A stretch of 64,000 bases of DNA. Origin: an uncultured archaeon (GTDB taxonomy: Archaea; Nanobdellota; Nanobdellia; Woesearchaeales; UBA9642). A program made the translations under genes and the position numbers. Location: contig CAVZPN010000024.1 of assembly GCA_963777125.1 (NCBI GenBank), forward strand, positions 6,596-70,595. Direction: 5' to 3'. Positions 1-9,424 of this stretch are shown here, piece by piece. Numbering within the stretch: position 1 is the stretch's first letter; each line of letters begins with the position of its first letter. Below the pieces are notes generated by a model, which had not been told where the DNA came from, ran no database searches, and was given only the letters and a program-made list of their open reading frames with translations.

Positions 1-421
1 TTATAGTCATTAATCTGTCGTCAAAATAATTTATATATTTCTCCATTAAAGAATCCCAAAATTCATGAATTTCTGCAATAGTTTTTACAATAACAAACAT
101 ACCTAAATTATATGCTACATCCATTGATGCAATCCAAGTAACATTAGACAAAGATTTTAAATAATTAATTATCTCTTCCTCTTTTTTAGGAGTAGTATTT
201 TGTAAATTTAAATATATTCGAAAGCCCATAAATCCTAATTTTCCTATATCTATTAGTGTGTGAAATCCTTTTATTATACCTACCTTTTTCATTAAGTTAA
301 TTCTATATCTAACACTATTCTTACTCAAATTTACTTTACGACCAATTTGATTAAATGATTGACGACAATTCTTATCTAATTCATATAATATTTTCTTATT
401 TTGTTTATCTAATTTATACAT
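1..421 (-). CDS. Lrp/AsnC-family transcriptional regulator (partial, runs off window start)
   Basis: Not in the ORF track. Manual translation from ATG at 421 gives MYKLDKQNKKILYELDKNCRQSFNQIGRKVNLSKNSVRYRINLMKKVGIIKGFHTLIDIGKLGF..., open to position 1. Lrp HTH; paralog of 41392..42393. Confidence 0.85.
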   Translation of the reverse strand, partial: MYKLDKQNKKILYELDKNCRQSFNQIGRKVNLSKNSVRYRINLMKKVGIIKGFHTLIDIGKLGFMGFRIYLNLQNTTPKKEEEIINYLKSLSNVTWIASMDVAYNLGMFVIVKTIAEIHEFWDSLMEKYINYFDDRLMTI

Positions 422-442
422 TTTTAATACAAAGTAGTACTT

Positions 443-462
443 TTATATAAAAATATTACTAT
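443..462 (-). promoter_or_regulatory. Putative BRE/TATA promoter
   Basis: Minus strand ATAGTAATATTTTTATATAA about 22 bp upstream of the Lrp ATG; same element recurs at 12638, 13694 and 22721. Confidence 0.55.
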
Positions 463-587
463 TTTGACCTAAAATAAACCAATAACATAGTTATATATGA
501 TACACCATACCAACAATAATAAAAGTATAACAAAAGCGATCTAAACAAATAAGATCTGGGCAAATAAGAATAAAGTATAGAAATTCA

Positions 588-971
588 GTGGGGATTGATT
601 TGATGAATACAAATAAAAGTTTAAGAAATATTATTCTAGCAGCAGGATTTGTAGGTGCATTAGGAGCAATGAACAGCTGTACACCTTATAGTAATGACTA
701 TAATAAACCTTTAGAAAAAAATATCATTCCTAAAAATATTAGCTTAAGTGTTAATCAGCACACCAGAGTAGAATACAAAGGAAGAATGTATAATTTAAAA
801 TATAATGGAATGCCTTCAGAGATAGCATTTTCAGTATCAAGAGAATCAAACAACGATGTAAATACATATTTTCCTTCAAAAACTAAAGAATTCAAATTTA
901 ACGGAGCAAAGTATGAATTAATATCAGTAACACCTGACACATTAAAAGTTAAATACTTACCAGGCAAATAA
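588..971 (+). CDS. Putative lipoprotein, hypothetical
   Basis: Basic N-terminus, hydrophobic stretch and lipobox-like AMNSC; likely start ATG 603. Confidence 0.65.
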   Translation: MGIDLMNTNKSLRNIILAAGFVGALGAMNSCTPYSNDYNKPLEKNIIPKNISLSVNQHTRVEYKGRMYNLKYNGMPSEIAFSVSRESNNDVNTYFPSKTKEFKFNGAKYELISVTPDTLKVKYLPGK

Positions 972-974
972 ATT

Positions 975-1030
975 TATTTTCTTTTTTTAATTTTTAAAAA
1001 TAAGATATAATCAACTTATTGAAAACAATA
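975..1030 (+). promoter_or_regulatory. Repeated intergenic element, copy 1 (T-tract + TAAGATATAATCRACT + short hairpin)
   Basis: TATTTTCTTTTTTTA shared with 3900; TAAGATATAATCAACT shared with 1561; hairpin TATTG-AAAA-CAATA at 1017-1030. Confidence 0.5.
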
Positions 1031-1054
1031 TTAACAAAATAAAAAATATGCGAA

Positions 1055-1507
1055 GTGAAAACAATGGATGATGGTTTGGAAAAAACAATTTTGAAAACAG
1101 AAACGAAAAATGAAAAAACAACTGATAGAGCTTTTAGAAAAATGTCAAGAGATATTAAATTAACAATAACTACTTTATGTGCATTTGCATACACTAGCTG
1201 CGATACACCTAGCGATAATGGTTGGGGTACTGGAAGCGACGGTAATACTTACAAAGAAGTAAAAGCCGATTCAATAGTACATAGAAGTGGTTCAACATTT
1301 TTTTATTATGGTGGAAGACCTTACATGTATGGTTCAGCTCATACCGATGGAACAGTATTTCATCCCTCAGAAAGTGGCAAAGGAGGATACTTCACAAAAC
1401 CTGGAGTTAGTGTGACTTCACATCCTAACGCCGTACGATCAAACAATATTACACGAGGAGGATTTGGAACTACTGGCAAAGGATTTGGAACTTCAGGCGG
1501 AGGATAA
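1055..1507 (+). CDS. DUF1190/YgiB-like Gly-rich putative lipoprotein
   Basis: Hydrophobic stretch ending AYTSC, FFYYGG segment, and C-terminal ITRGGFGTTG motif typical of YgiB/YjfM-like proteins. Confidence 0.6.
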   Translation: MKTMDDGLEKTILKTETKNEKTTDRAFRKMSRDIKLTITTLCAFAYTSCDTPSDNGWGTGSDGNTYKEVKADSIVHRSGSTFFYYGGRPYMYGSAHTDGTVFHPSESGKGGYFTKPGVSVTSHPNAVRSNNITRGGFGTTGKGFGTSGGG

Positions 1508-1560
1508 TTTTAATTTACAAAATTAAATATATCTTTTAAAAATATTTTTTTATAAAAAAA

Positions 1561-1609
1561 TAAGATATAATCGACTTAGCGAGAGCTATGGAAGCAAATA
1601 TACGTCGAT
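1561..1609 (+). promoter_or_regulatory. Repeated intergenic element, copy 2 (possible structured RNA leader)
   Basis: TAAGATATAATCGACT followed by TAGC-GAGA-GCTA hairpin, enclosed by ATCGAC (1570-1575) / GTCGAT (1604-1609). Confidence 0.5.
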
Positions 1610-1694
1610 AAAATAGGGGGTTAAGTAGGTATAGAATTTAGAAAAAGGCGAAATTAGCCAAATAATATTTGTATAAAAATAATATAATAGGAGA

Positions 1695-2825
1695 GTGAAT
1701 AACATGTATAGAGGAGAAAATAGATACGAAGATAGAGATGAAGATAAAGATGAATCTATGGCAAATAATATTCAAAATATTAAGCCATTAATGGCTAAGT
1801 ATAAAAATAAGATAATAACTTGGGGTGCAGGAATTGTTGGAGGAGCAGCATTATTACTTAATACAATATATATCGTTCCTGGAGGAAGTGAAGGTGTTGT
1901 AAAAACATTCGGAAAATATACTAGTACATCACAAGAAGGACCGCACTTAAAAATTCCTATTGCGCAAACAGTAACAGTAGTTAATACAGATAAAGTATAC
2001 GAAGAAACATTTGGATATAGACAAAAAAATCCAGGCATAAAATCAGAATATATCGGTGTAGAGGATATTGAAGCCGATAAAGTTGACGAAGGAACACTAA
2101 AAGAAATCATTAAAGCTGAAGGATATACTGTCGGAGATAATCTTAAACAGCAAGCAATAGATATTCTAAAAGATGAGTATCTGATGTTAACAGGAGATTT
2201 AAACATGGCAGAAGTAGAGTACTCAGTACAATATAAAATTGTCGACCCTGTTGCATATTTATTTAATGTGAAAGATATTCGTAAACTAATCAGAGATTAC
2301 GTTCCATCTTGCACTAAAACAATAATAGGAGATGTTAGCATCGATGAAACATTAACAGTTGGAAGAAATATGATTGGACAAAATGCAAAGAAAAAAATAA
2401 ATGAGAATCTAGACTATAATCAAAGCGGAATACAAGTAATTGTATATAAATTACAATCCACTAATCCGCCTAAAGAAGTAAGACCATCATTTAGAAGTGT
2501 TAATGATGCAATAGCTGACAAACAAACCAAAATAAATGTAGCAAAAGGAACATACAATGAGCTAATTTCAAAGGCGCAAGGTACAGCAGATCAAATGATA
2601 AGTGAAGCAGAAGGATATGCAATGAAACAAATTAATATTGCTCAAGGTGATGTTAATTTATTTAGACCAGTATACGATGAATTTAGAAAAAATCCTGAAA
2701 TTACTACATCAAGAATAGTTATGGAAACCTTAGAAGAAATGATGAAAGGAACAAAAAATACTGTTGATTTAACAAAACAAGGTAACGGGTTATTACTAAA
2801 ACAATTACCTATAGGAGGAAATTAA
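1695..2825 (+). CDS. hflK: SPFH-domain protein HflK
   Basis: N-terminal TM, GVVKTFGKY, GPHLKIP, MLTGDLNMAEVEYSVQYKIVDPVAYLFNV, PPKEV..SF..V and AEGY coiled coil; directly upstream of hflC. Confidence 0.9.
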   Translation: MNNMYRGENRYEDRDEDKDESMANNIQNIKPLMAKYKNKIITWGAGIVGGAALLLNTIYIVPGGSEGVVKTFGKYTSTSQEGPHLKIPIAQTVTVVNTDKVYEETFGYRQKNPGIKSEYIGVEDIEADKVDEGTLKEIIKAEGYTVGDNLKQQAIDILKDEYLMLTGDLNMAEVEYSVQYKIVDPVAYLFNVKDIRKLIRDYVPSCTKTIIGDVSIDETLTVGRNMIGQNAKKKINENLDYNQSGIQVIVYKLQSTNPPKEVRPSFRSVNDAIADKQTKINVAKGTYNELISKAQGTADQMISEAEGYAMKQINIAQGDVNLFRPVYDEFRKNPEITTSRIVMETLEEMMKGTKNTVDLTKQGNGLLLKQLPIGGN

Positions 2826-2826
2826 A

Positions 2827-3864
2827 ATGAATAAGACAATAAAAAATATAGCACTATGGGCAGGAATTGGACTTGGAACAATTGGTGTATTAAAATCGTT
2901 CTATATTGTAGATCAAACAGAACAAGCAGTAGTTAGTACATTTCAAAAAAGAACAGGAGTAGTATTAAATATTCCTCAAGCAGATGAAACTAAAAAACAA
3001 ACGGAATTAAAACAGATTACTGCAGACATAGAAAAGTTTTGTACAGACAATAAAAAAGAAATGCCTACAATTAAAGAAGGTGCTGGTCTCTATTTCAAAC
3101 TACCTTGGCAATCAGTAACATATTTTGATAATAGATTACTTGCATGGGATGGTTATCCTGAGGAAATAACAACTAAAGATAAAAGATTCCTTAGTACAAC
3201 AGCAACTGCAAGATGGAGAATAAATAATCCTTACATCTATATGACTCAAGTAAAAACAGAAAGTGCCGGACATAGCAAATTAGACAATAACATAGACGGC
3301 ATTGTACGTGATCAAATAAGTATGCGTGATGCAACTGAATCTATAAGATCAAGCAACAGAAAAATGGAAGTTACAGATAAAGATCTTGAAGAAACCATCA
3401 ATGTCGGCGAAATACATGTTGGTCGAGAAGGAATTAGAGACACAATAAAATATGAATCAAAAAAACAATGTGCACAATTCGGAATCGATGTACATGATTT
3501 CCAAATAGTCGGAATAATATATGTAGGAGAAACTAGAACAAAAATAGAAAATAAAATGAAATCAGAAAGAGATAGAGTTGCAAAAAAATATTTATCTGAA
3601 GGTGTTGGAGAAGCAAATAAAATCTTAGGACAAATGAATAGAGCTAATGATAGCATAATGTCCGCTGGAGAAAAAATTGCTAAAACCATCAGAGGCGCTG
3701 CAGAAGGAGAAAAAACAAAGATTTATGCAGAGGGATATAGAGTAAATAAAGACTTTTACGAACTTACAAAGAAATCTGAAATCCTAAAAAGTGTGCCAAT
3801 TGAAAGAATGATATTGGATAAAGATAATCCAATTATTCAACCATTTGTAGGTTATCAAAAATAA
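2827..3864 (+). CDS. hflC: SPFH-domain protein HflC
   Basis: FYIVDQTEQAVV, GLYFKLPW, FDNRLL.WDG.P.EITTKDK, RWRI, MKSER motifs. Confidence 0.9.
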   Translation: MNKTIKNIALWAGIGLGTIGVLKSFYIVDQTEQAVVSTFQKRTGVVLNIPQADETKKQTELKQITADIEKFCTDNKKEMPTIKEGAGLYFKLPWQSVTYFDNRLLAWDGYPEEITTKDKRFLSTTATARWRINNPYIYMTQVKTESAGHSKLDNNIDGIVRDQISMRDATESIRSSNRKMEVTDKDLEETINVGEIHVGREGIRDTIKYESKKQCAQFGIDVHDFQIVGIIYVGETRTKIENKMKSERDRVAKKYLSEGVGEANKILGQMNRANDSIMSAGEKIAKTIRGAAEGEKTKIYAEGYRVNKDFYELTKKSEILKSVPIERMILDKDNPIIQPFVGYQK

Positions 3865-3899
3865 ATCGTAACTTACAAATACAAAAAAAGCAACACTAT

Positions 3900-3955
3900 T
3901 ATTTTCTTTTTTTACTTTTTTTAGAATAGATACGCGATTATTTAGCGTGAGCTAT
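3900..3955 (+). promoter_or_regulatory. Repeated intergenic element, copy 3
   Basis: TATTTTCTTTTTTTA tract, then TTAGCGTGAGCTAT (13/14 identical to 1576-1589), forming a TAGC-GTGA-GCTA hairpin. Confidence 0.5.
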
Positions 3956-3989
3956 AAAATTAATGATTAAAGATTAAGAGGAAATTAAA

Positions 3990-4595
3990 ATGAATACAAT
4001 AAGTAAAATAATCACATATGGTGCACTCGCAACCACTTTAATTACAACAGGAATTACTACATCAGAATATGCAGATCTTCCTATGCCATTTACAGAAAAA
4101 ACAGAAATGGGAAGAACTAAAAATAGTATAGCGGCAGTAATTTCCGGAACTATCGCAAAGGAAATTTACCCGAAATCCGAAGTAAATTTAGAAATACAAA
4201 AAACGTTTTGGCCAAATGCGCACGTAACAGGATATACAACAGAAAATACTATTGCAACAGATGTTAACGACTTAGCATTTACAAGCGTACATTATAAAGC
4301 AGAAAAAAATCCTCAAGGAAATCTTAATGGACTAGTTCAAAAATCAGAATTTGATTGGGATGTTAATCAAACAGCTATAAATAAATACCATATTCACAGA
4401 TTATTATTCAAATTTGATTCGGATTTAGAATTAAAAGCACAAGATGGAAAAATAACTGGAACGTATTTTAGACATGGCCCAGCATTTAATTGGTCGATAA
4501 ATGGAAATTACGACGCTAGTGGCAATATTAAAGTACATGTAAATGTTCCGGCAGGATTAGACTTTACTTTAGAAGGTAAAATTATAGCTAAATAA
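3990..4595 (+). CDS. Secreted or membrane-anchored beta-rich hypothetical protein
   Basis: GAGGA RBS, N-terminal hydrophobic segment, repeated F.W...G.Y beta-strand patterns. Confidence 0.7.
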   Translation: MNTISKIITYGALATTLITTGITTSEYADLPMPFTEKTEMGRTKNSIAAVISGTIAKEIYPKSEVNLEIQKTFWPNAHVTGYTTENTIATDVNDLAFTSVHYKAEKNPQGNLNGLVQKSEFDWDVNQTAINKYHIHRLLFKFDSDLELKAQDGKITGTYFRHGPAFNWSINGNYDASGNIKVHVNVPAGLDFTLEGKIIAK

Positions 4596-4637
4596 TTCCA
4601 AATAACAAAATAAACTTAAATAACTAATTTTATTTTT

Positions 4638-4874
4638 TTACTTTTTATACATAATATTCATGAATGACTCATATTTTTGAAGTGTTGTATATTCAACATC
4701 TTTAGCTATGAAAGTATGATCTGCTTTTTGCATATCTCCAATAAATTCCACTAATTTCTCATTGTTTAATATTATTACTGTACCATCATGCTCTCCACCG
4801 CCAATATGTAAGGTAGTATGATTATTTAATGCGTGAAGCACTGTTATTGTGTGTTTTGTCATTTTAGCCTCCAA
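4638..4874 (-). CDS. Small hypothetical protein
   Basis: GGAGG RBS before ATG at 4862; plausible composition. Confidence 0.6.
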   Translation of the reverse strand: MEAKMTKHTITVLHALNNHTTLHIGGGEHDGTVIILNNEKLVEFIGDMQKADHTFIAKDVEYTTLQKYESFMNIMYKK

Positions 4875-4983
4875 AAATATCTATTTTTTTAAATTAACTA
4901 ATATAGTTATATATTTTATGTTTTATTTTAATATTCTGATTAAATTATTTACTTTAATAAAGCTATTTCAACTTACATTCTTC

Positions 4984-6726
4984 TCATTTAGATACTTTGT
5001 CTTTAAAATCTGCCTTAGAAAATATTGCTTCAATCCCGAAGTTTTTACAAGCAAGCTCATATTTTTCTAAAAATAAATGTGGTGGCGTTAAAGATAACTT
5101 CTGAATAAAATTATTTATAATAGTAGAAACTTTATCATTATCAGCGGCCAAAACATAAGTTGTGCCTGATAATAAATCAGCTATCATATCATTAGATAAA
5201 ATATTTGAAAATTGAATGTTAGTTTTAGAGCGATAACTTTTCTTAGTATATGAAAATTGTCCACGAGTAGAATCTAAAAAAATCATCGTAATCATCATCG
5301 TTCCAATACGATGCAATATTCCTTTATCATAAGAATCAGTAACACTAGTAGATGAGATATCTTTATCATTTACTAATTTCACAAAATCCGTATTATTTGA
5401 TGAAGTAGAGATAAAAGAATAAGTTAATTCTATTGTAGAATAAGAGCCTGTAGTATTAATTACAGTAAATAATTTAGATATTGTGGCAAAACCTTCTGCT
5501 CTACAATGAAATAATATTTGTGCCAATAATTTAGTTCTAAGTGAAGGATCTTTTCCAGAAATCTTCACAGCAACACTACTTAAATCATCCTTATTTACCA
5601 AATAATTCTTTGAAGCAGCAACTAAAATATCTTTAGAACGATTATTGAGCATATAATCTTTTGAATGAAATAACTCATGTAAAATAGTCTTATAAGTATT
5701 ACTATCTTCAGATAATATTAATTGATTAAATTCTAATACTCTTAATAATTCTGGAGTTAAAATTATCTGTATAAATATTTCTTTAAAATCAGATTTATCT
5801 TCATAAGAACCTAACCAATTAGTATCGTAATTTAATTCTATATTTATTCTTTTAACATCAGCTTTAACATTTCCTAAATTACTTTCTAAAACTTTTAAAA
5901 ACGTATTTTTTAATATTTCTAAAGATCTTCTCTCCATTTGTCTTGCAGTCATATTTTTTATTATTAACAAATCTTTCTCTTCATTTTTACACTGTTTTAA
6001 AAATAAATTACAATCGGCCCTAATATACTCTTCCAAAATTCTTGTTTCTTCTCCAAATGAAAATTTAAATTGTGTTTTAGAAAAATCTATCTTATTAGTG
6101 AAACGTAATAATACGCGACTATTATTCAATTCTTTCCATAGATCTATTTTGTATATATAAGAAAACCCTAAAATATCAGAAACCTTTTTTTCGGATTTGG
6201 ATTCTTTTATAATTTTAATATCATTATTAATTCTAATTAAAATATCTTCCAAAAAAGCATTCATATCTGCGTGATTACGAATAAGAGCACTTACTTTATT
6301 AGTGAAATTAATGTACAAATTAACGTCATATAATCCTAAACTACGAACTAGTATAATAACAAAAGTGTGATTATTTACAAAATTAAATGCTTCATCTATA
6401 TCATTAATTAAAGCAGTAATATTAGAGCTTAATTCTTCTATAATATGCAAAATTATATCCTTTTTTGCAAGATCAACACTTTTTTGTAAGTTATCTGTTT
6501 TATAGATTATTTCATTCATAGAATTCTTCAAAGAAACAATATTACCGCTATTTAATTCTATTAAACGTGTTTTCTGCTCTAATAAATTAGCACTAACTTC
6601 TAACTTTTTTATAATATTTTCTAATTCTTCATAAAAAGATATTATTGAATATAATTCTAAAATAAACTTTTTATTAAAAGGTATTACTTTAGATTCAACA
6701 AATAAAACGTCTTTATATATGCCCAT
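4984..6726 (-). CDS. Coiled-coil protein with gluzincin-type zinc metallopeptidase motif
   Basis: TILHELFHS (HExxH) and downstream RAEGFA third-ligand motif; N-terminal heptad-rich region. Confidence 0.6.
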   Translation of the reverse strand: MGIYKDVLFVESKVIPFNKKFILELYSIISFYEELENIIKKLEVSANLLEQKTRLIELNSGNIVSLKNSMNEIIYKTDNLQKSVDLAKKDIILHIIEELSSNITALINDIDEAFNFVNNHTFVIILVRSLGLYDVNLYINFTNKVSALIRNHADMNAFLEDILIRINNDIKIIKESKSEKKVSDILGFSYIYKIDLWKELNNSRVLLRFTNKIDFSKTQFKFSFGEETRILEEYIRADCNLFLKQCKNEEKDLLIIKNMTARQMERRSLEILKNTFLKVLESNLGNVKADVKRINIELNYDTNWLGSYEDKSDFKEIFIQIILTPELLRVLEFNQLILSEDSNTYKTILHELFHSKDYMLNNRSKDILVAASKNYLVNKDDLSSVAVKISGKDPSLRTKLLAQILFHCRAEGFATISKLFTVINTTGSYSTIELTYSFISTSSNNTDFVKLVNDKDISSTSVTDSYDKGILHRIGTMMITMIFLDSTRGQFSYTKKSYRSKTNIQFSNILSNDMIADLLSGTTYVLAADNDKVSTIINNFIQKLSLTPPHLFLEKYELACKNFGIEAIFSKADFKDKVSK

Positions 6727-6793
6727 AGTAAATAATACAAATGAGAGTTTATAAAATTTAAGATTATAATACTAAAATATCATTAAAACAAAT

Positions 6794-7426
6794 TTAAAAT
6801 TCGTACTTTAAATGGTAAGCATCATTCCATTTAACCAAATTTAATTGCTTACCATCATAATTAAATTCGCTTATTGAAGTATTTTCGAGTACTAATTTGT
6901 AAGTATATTTTGGATCAGAATTAAGTATACCTCGAAGAGCACACTTAAATGCTACGCCATGACCAAATATTACAACATTATCGTAATTTTTAGATAAAAT
7001 ATCTTCGTAAATATATTTTAACATTCTTTCTTCAACTTGTTTTTGTGATTCGCCGTTTGGCGCAGAAAAATTCCAAGGATCAGAATCAATTAATTTCATA
7101 GTCTCATTATTATATATTTCTTCTCGATGTTTACCTGTCCAATCTCCTTGATCTAGTTCTAATAATTTATCAGATAATACTATATCTTCTAAAGTATATC
7201 CTATTTTAGCTAAAGAAATTTTAGCAGTATCAATTGCGCGAATAGCAGTAGATGAATAAACCTTATCAAATTGTAATTTTTCTTTTAATAGATATTTACC
7301 TAATAATTCAGCTTGATTTTTACCATATTCAGTTAGTGGAGTGTAATTAGATTGTCCGCCAATTAAATGCCTATAATTAAGATTAATATCGCTTTCTCCG
7401 TGTCTAATAAAATATACTCTAGTCAC
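6794..7426 (-). CDS. Histidine phosphatase (phosphoglycerate mutase family)
   Basis: FIRHGES, SS..RA..TA, LLELDQGDW.G, PNGES, FGHG motifs. Confidence 0.92.
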   Translation of the reverse strand: MTRVYFIRHGESDINLNYRHLIGGQSNYTPLTEYGKNQAELLGKYLLKEKLQFDKVYSSTAIRAIDTAKISLAKIGYTLEDIVLSDKLLELDQGDWTGKHREEIYNNETMKLIDSDPWNFSAPNGESQKQVEERMLKYIYEDILSKNYDNVVIFGHGVAFKCALRGILNSDPKYTYKLVLENTSISEFNYDGKQLNLVKWNDAYHLKYEF

Positions 7427-8144
7427 AATTACACCCTTTCATTTTAATATTAGTATACATTAATTTAATAATTTTCTCTAATTCTATCGATTGCTGTATC
7501 GCGTCTTCTAACGCATTATGTGTCAAATCATTTTCTTTTCTTAAATTCAACTCTTTTATTGATGCATTCAAATTATTTGTGAAACCTTTGTAAAAAGAAC
7601 CTATATCAATACCCGAATGACCTAAAGGGTTATAATTAAGAAAATTATGAAAATACCATGAAGTAAACATACCATCAAACTTTATTGGCGCAGCAACTTC
7701 AACAACATTACGATTATGACTAACATCAATTATCCAATCAGAAAAATCTTTCATAGCTTCTTTTGGAGAGATACATGTAGCATGCATAAAATCCAATACT
7801 TGTTTTGGTTGAAAATTAGTATGCTTAGGATTATATAAATTATAATTAATATCATTTTTATAAGATTTTAAACAATTAAGTCCGAGACATGCAATCTTCA
7901 TAGCCTCAAGTTCATATGACGTATTTAATGGTTTTAATTCTCTATAAAAACATGGACGTTCGTTTGAAACATAAATTCCTGCAACTGTTGCGCCAATTGA
8001 AATCATAGAATAAGGTCCTGGAATTGGACCTGTTGTTTCAACATCTATAGAAATATAACAATTCTTTTCAAAAATATTTTTTTCAAAAACATATAATGAC
8101 CTATCCGAATTATTATCAAATATATTTTCTGATATTCTTGACAT
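7419..8144 (-). CDS. DEDDh 3'-5' exonuclease (Rv2179c-like exoribonuclease type)
   Basis: SIDVETTGPIPG..SMISIGA, FYRELKP, FD..F..WYF, THNALEDA. Confidence 0.85.
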   Translation of the reverse strand: MSRISENIFDNNSDRSLYVFEKNIFEKNCYISIDVETTGPIPGPYSMISIGATVAGIYVSNERPCFYRELKPLNTSYELEAMKIACLGLNCLKSYKNDINYNLYNPKHTNFQPKQVLDFMHATCISPKEAMKDFSDWIIDVSHNRNVVEVAAPIKFDGMFTSWYFHNFLNYNPLGHSGIDIGSFYKGFTNNLNASIKELNLRKENDLTHNALEDAIQQSIELEKIIKLMYTNIKMKGCNCD

Positions 8145-8207
8145 ATTATACCTCCATAAATTAAATTTAATAAAAATTACTTAAATAGCATCAATCAAAA
8201 AATATTC

Positions 8208-8519
8208 TTAATCAATTTTCAAATCACCTGATTTAACATAATTACTTATATCAAAAATTCTTAAACCATATTCTCTTTTCTCTATATGGGAATACAAATT
8301 ACCACTTACTAAAACTAGTTTCGAACCAATTGGTCTTGAATATTCATCTGGTGTTTCATCAGGCATATTATCCCAATAATTTTTAATATATTTATCTGCG
8401 TCAGTAGATGTTAAATGTAATGAATATCCGTCAGGTCTTGTTCCCCAATCTCTCTCTGATTCTTCCCATTCGACTAATAAAATATTTTTTAAAACCTTAT
8501 CTAATGTCATTTTCATCAC
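8208..8519 (-). CDS. Conserved hypothetical protein (WEESERxWGxRPDG family, phage-like)
   Basis: WEESERDWGTRPDGYSLH...PDEYSRP motif, which I recall from phage hypothetical proteins; GGTGA RBS. Confidence 0.65.
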   Translation of the reverse strand: MMKMTLDKVLKNILLVEWEESERDWGTRPDGYSLHLTSTDADKYIKNYWDNMPDETPDEYSRPIGSKLVLVSGNLYSHIEKREYGLRIFDISNYVKSGDLKID

Positions 8520-8528
8520 CTTATGCCT

Positions 8529-9341
8529 TTATGCTAATATAGTGTCAATTATTTTAGTGTGTTTTTTATTTATAGCAATCAATCCATTAAAGGGATTTTT
8601 ATAATCAAAAGGATTATTATCTATGTCTGTAATGTATAATCCTGCTTGTTTCATAATAAAGTATCCTGCAGCTATATCACACATATCTGTAGCACTCTGT
8701 TTTTTAGATTTCATTATGAGTCCATCATAACTTCCGGCTGCTAATTGCGCAGCGCTTAAAGCAATTGATCCTACAGGAGTTCTTACATTTACGTTATTTT
8801 CAAGTCGCGATAAATACTTGTCAGCATTATTAAATGCTATTGTTGGAACAGATAAGGGAAAGTCTATAGAGGGTAATTTTTTAGATTTATCCCATGTACT
8901 TCGTTTAATGTATGCTCCTTCATTAGTTGCGTAATACATTATGTCCTTCATAAAATCGTAGACTACGCCTACAACTAATTCGTTATTTCTCTCGAGAGCA
9001 ACACTAATACTAGTCATAAATTCGCCTCTACAATAAGATTTTGTACCATCAATTGGATCAACGTATACAGTTATGTTTGCATTTTTATTATTCATACCAT
9101 ATTCTTCACCAATTATATTTGCAGAAACTTCTTTAAGTATGTCGCTTCGTATCATTTGCTCAGCAGTTTTATCTAGATTAGTTACAGGATCATCAAGTCT
9201 CTTCCACTCGAGTGATTCTATATTAAACGCATTTTCATTTAGAAATTTCCCTGTTCTAAGACAAGTGTTTATAATTAGCTGTTCTAATTCTTTGTTTGTT
9301 TGTTTTTCGTTTGGTTTCATAACCTTAATAAACCTAAACAA
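8529..9341 (-). CDS. Inositol monophosphatase family protein
   Basis: IIGEE, VDPIDGT, GS.AL...QLAAG..DG, DIAAG motifs; likely start ATG 9320. Confidence 0.9.
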   Translation of the reverse strand: MFRFIKVMKPNEKQTNKELEQLIINTCLRTGKFLNENAFNIESLEWKRLDDPVTNLDKTAEQMIRSDILKEVSANIIGEEYGMNNKNANITVYVDPIDGTKSYCRGEFMTSISVALERNNELVVGVVYDFMKDIMYYATNEGAYIKRSTWDKSKKLPSIDFPLSVPTIAFNNADKYLSRLENNVNVRTPVGSIALSAAQLAAGSYDGLIMKSKKQSATDMCDIAAGYFIMKQAGLYITDIDNNPFDYKNPFNGLIAINKKHTKIIDTILA

Positions 9342-9351
9342 ATATAAATAT

Positions 9352-9387
9352 ATATCTTATATAAGTTATATAAGTTATATAACCTTA
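9352..9387. repeat. Four tandem imperfect 9-bp repeats in a divergent promoter
   Basis: ATATCTTAT-ATAAGTTAT-ATAAGTTAT-ATAACCTTA between the IMPase gene and the AbrB-PhoU regulator. Confidence 0.6.
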
Positions 9388-9424
9388 AACTTTTAATCAT
9401 AAAAAAATAATATAGAGAACTAAC

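Noticed and set aside
975..3960. Integron-like cassette array
   Set aside because: No integrase in the window and no GTT/AAC attC-type ends; retained only as a repeated structured motif.
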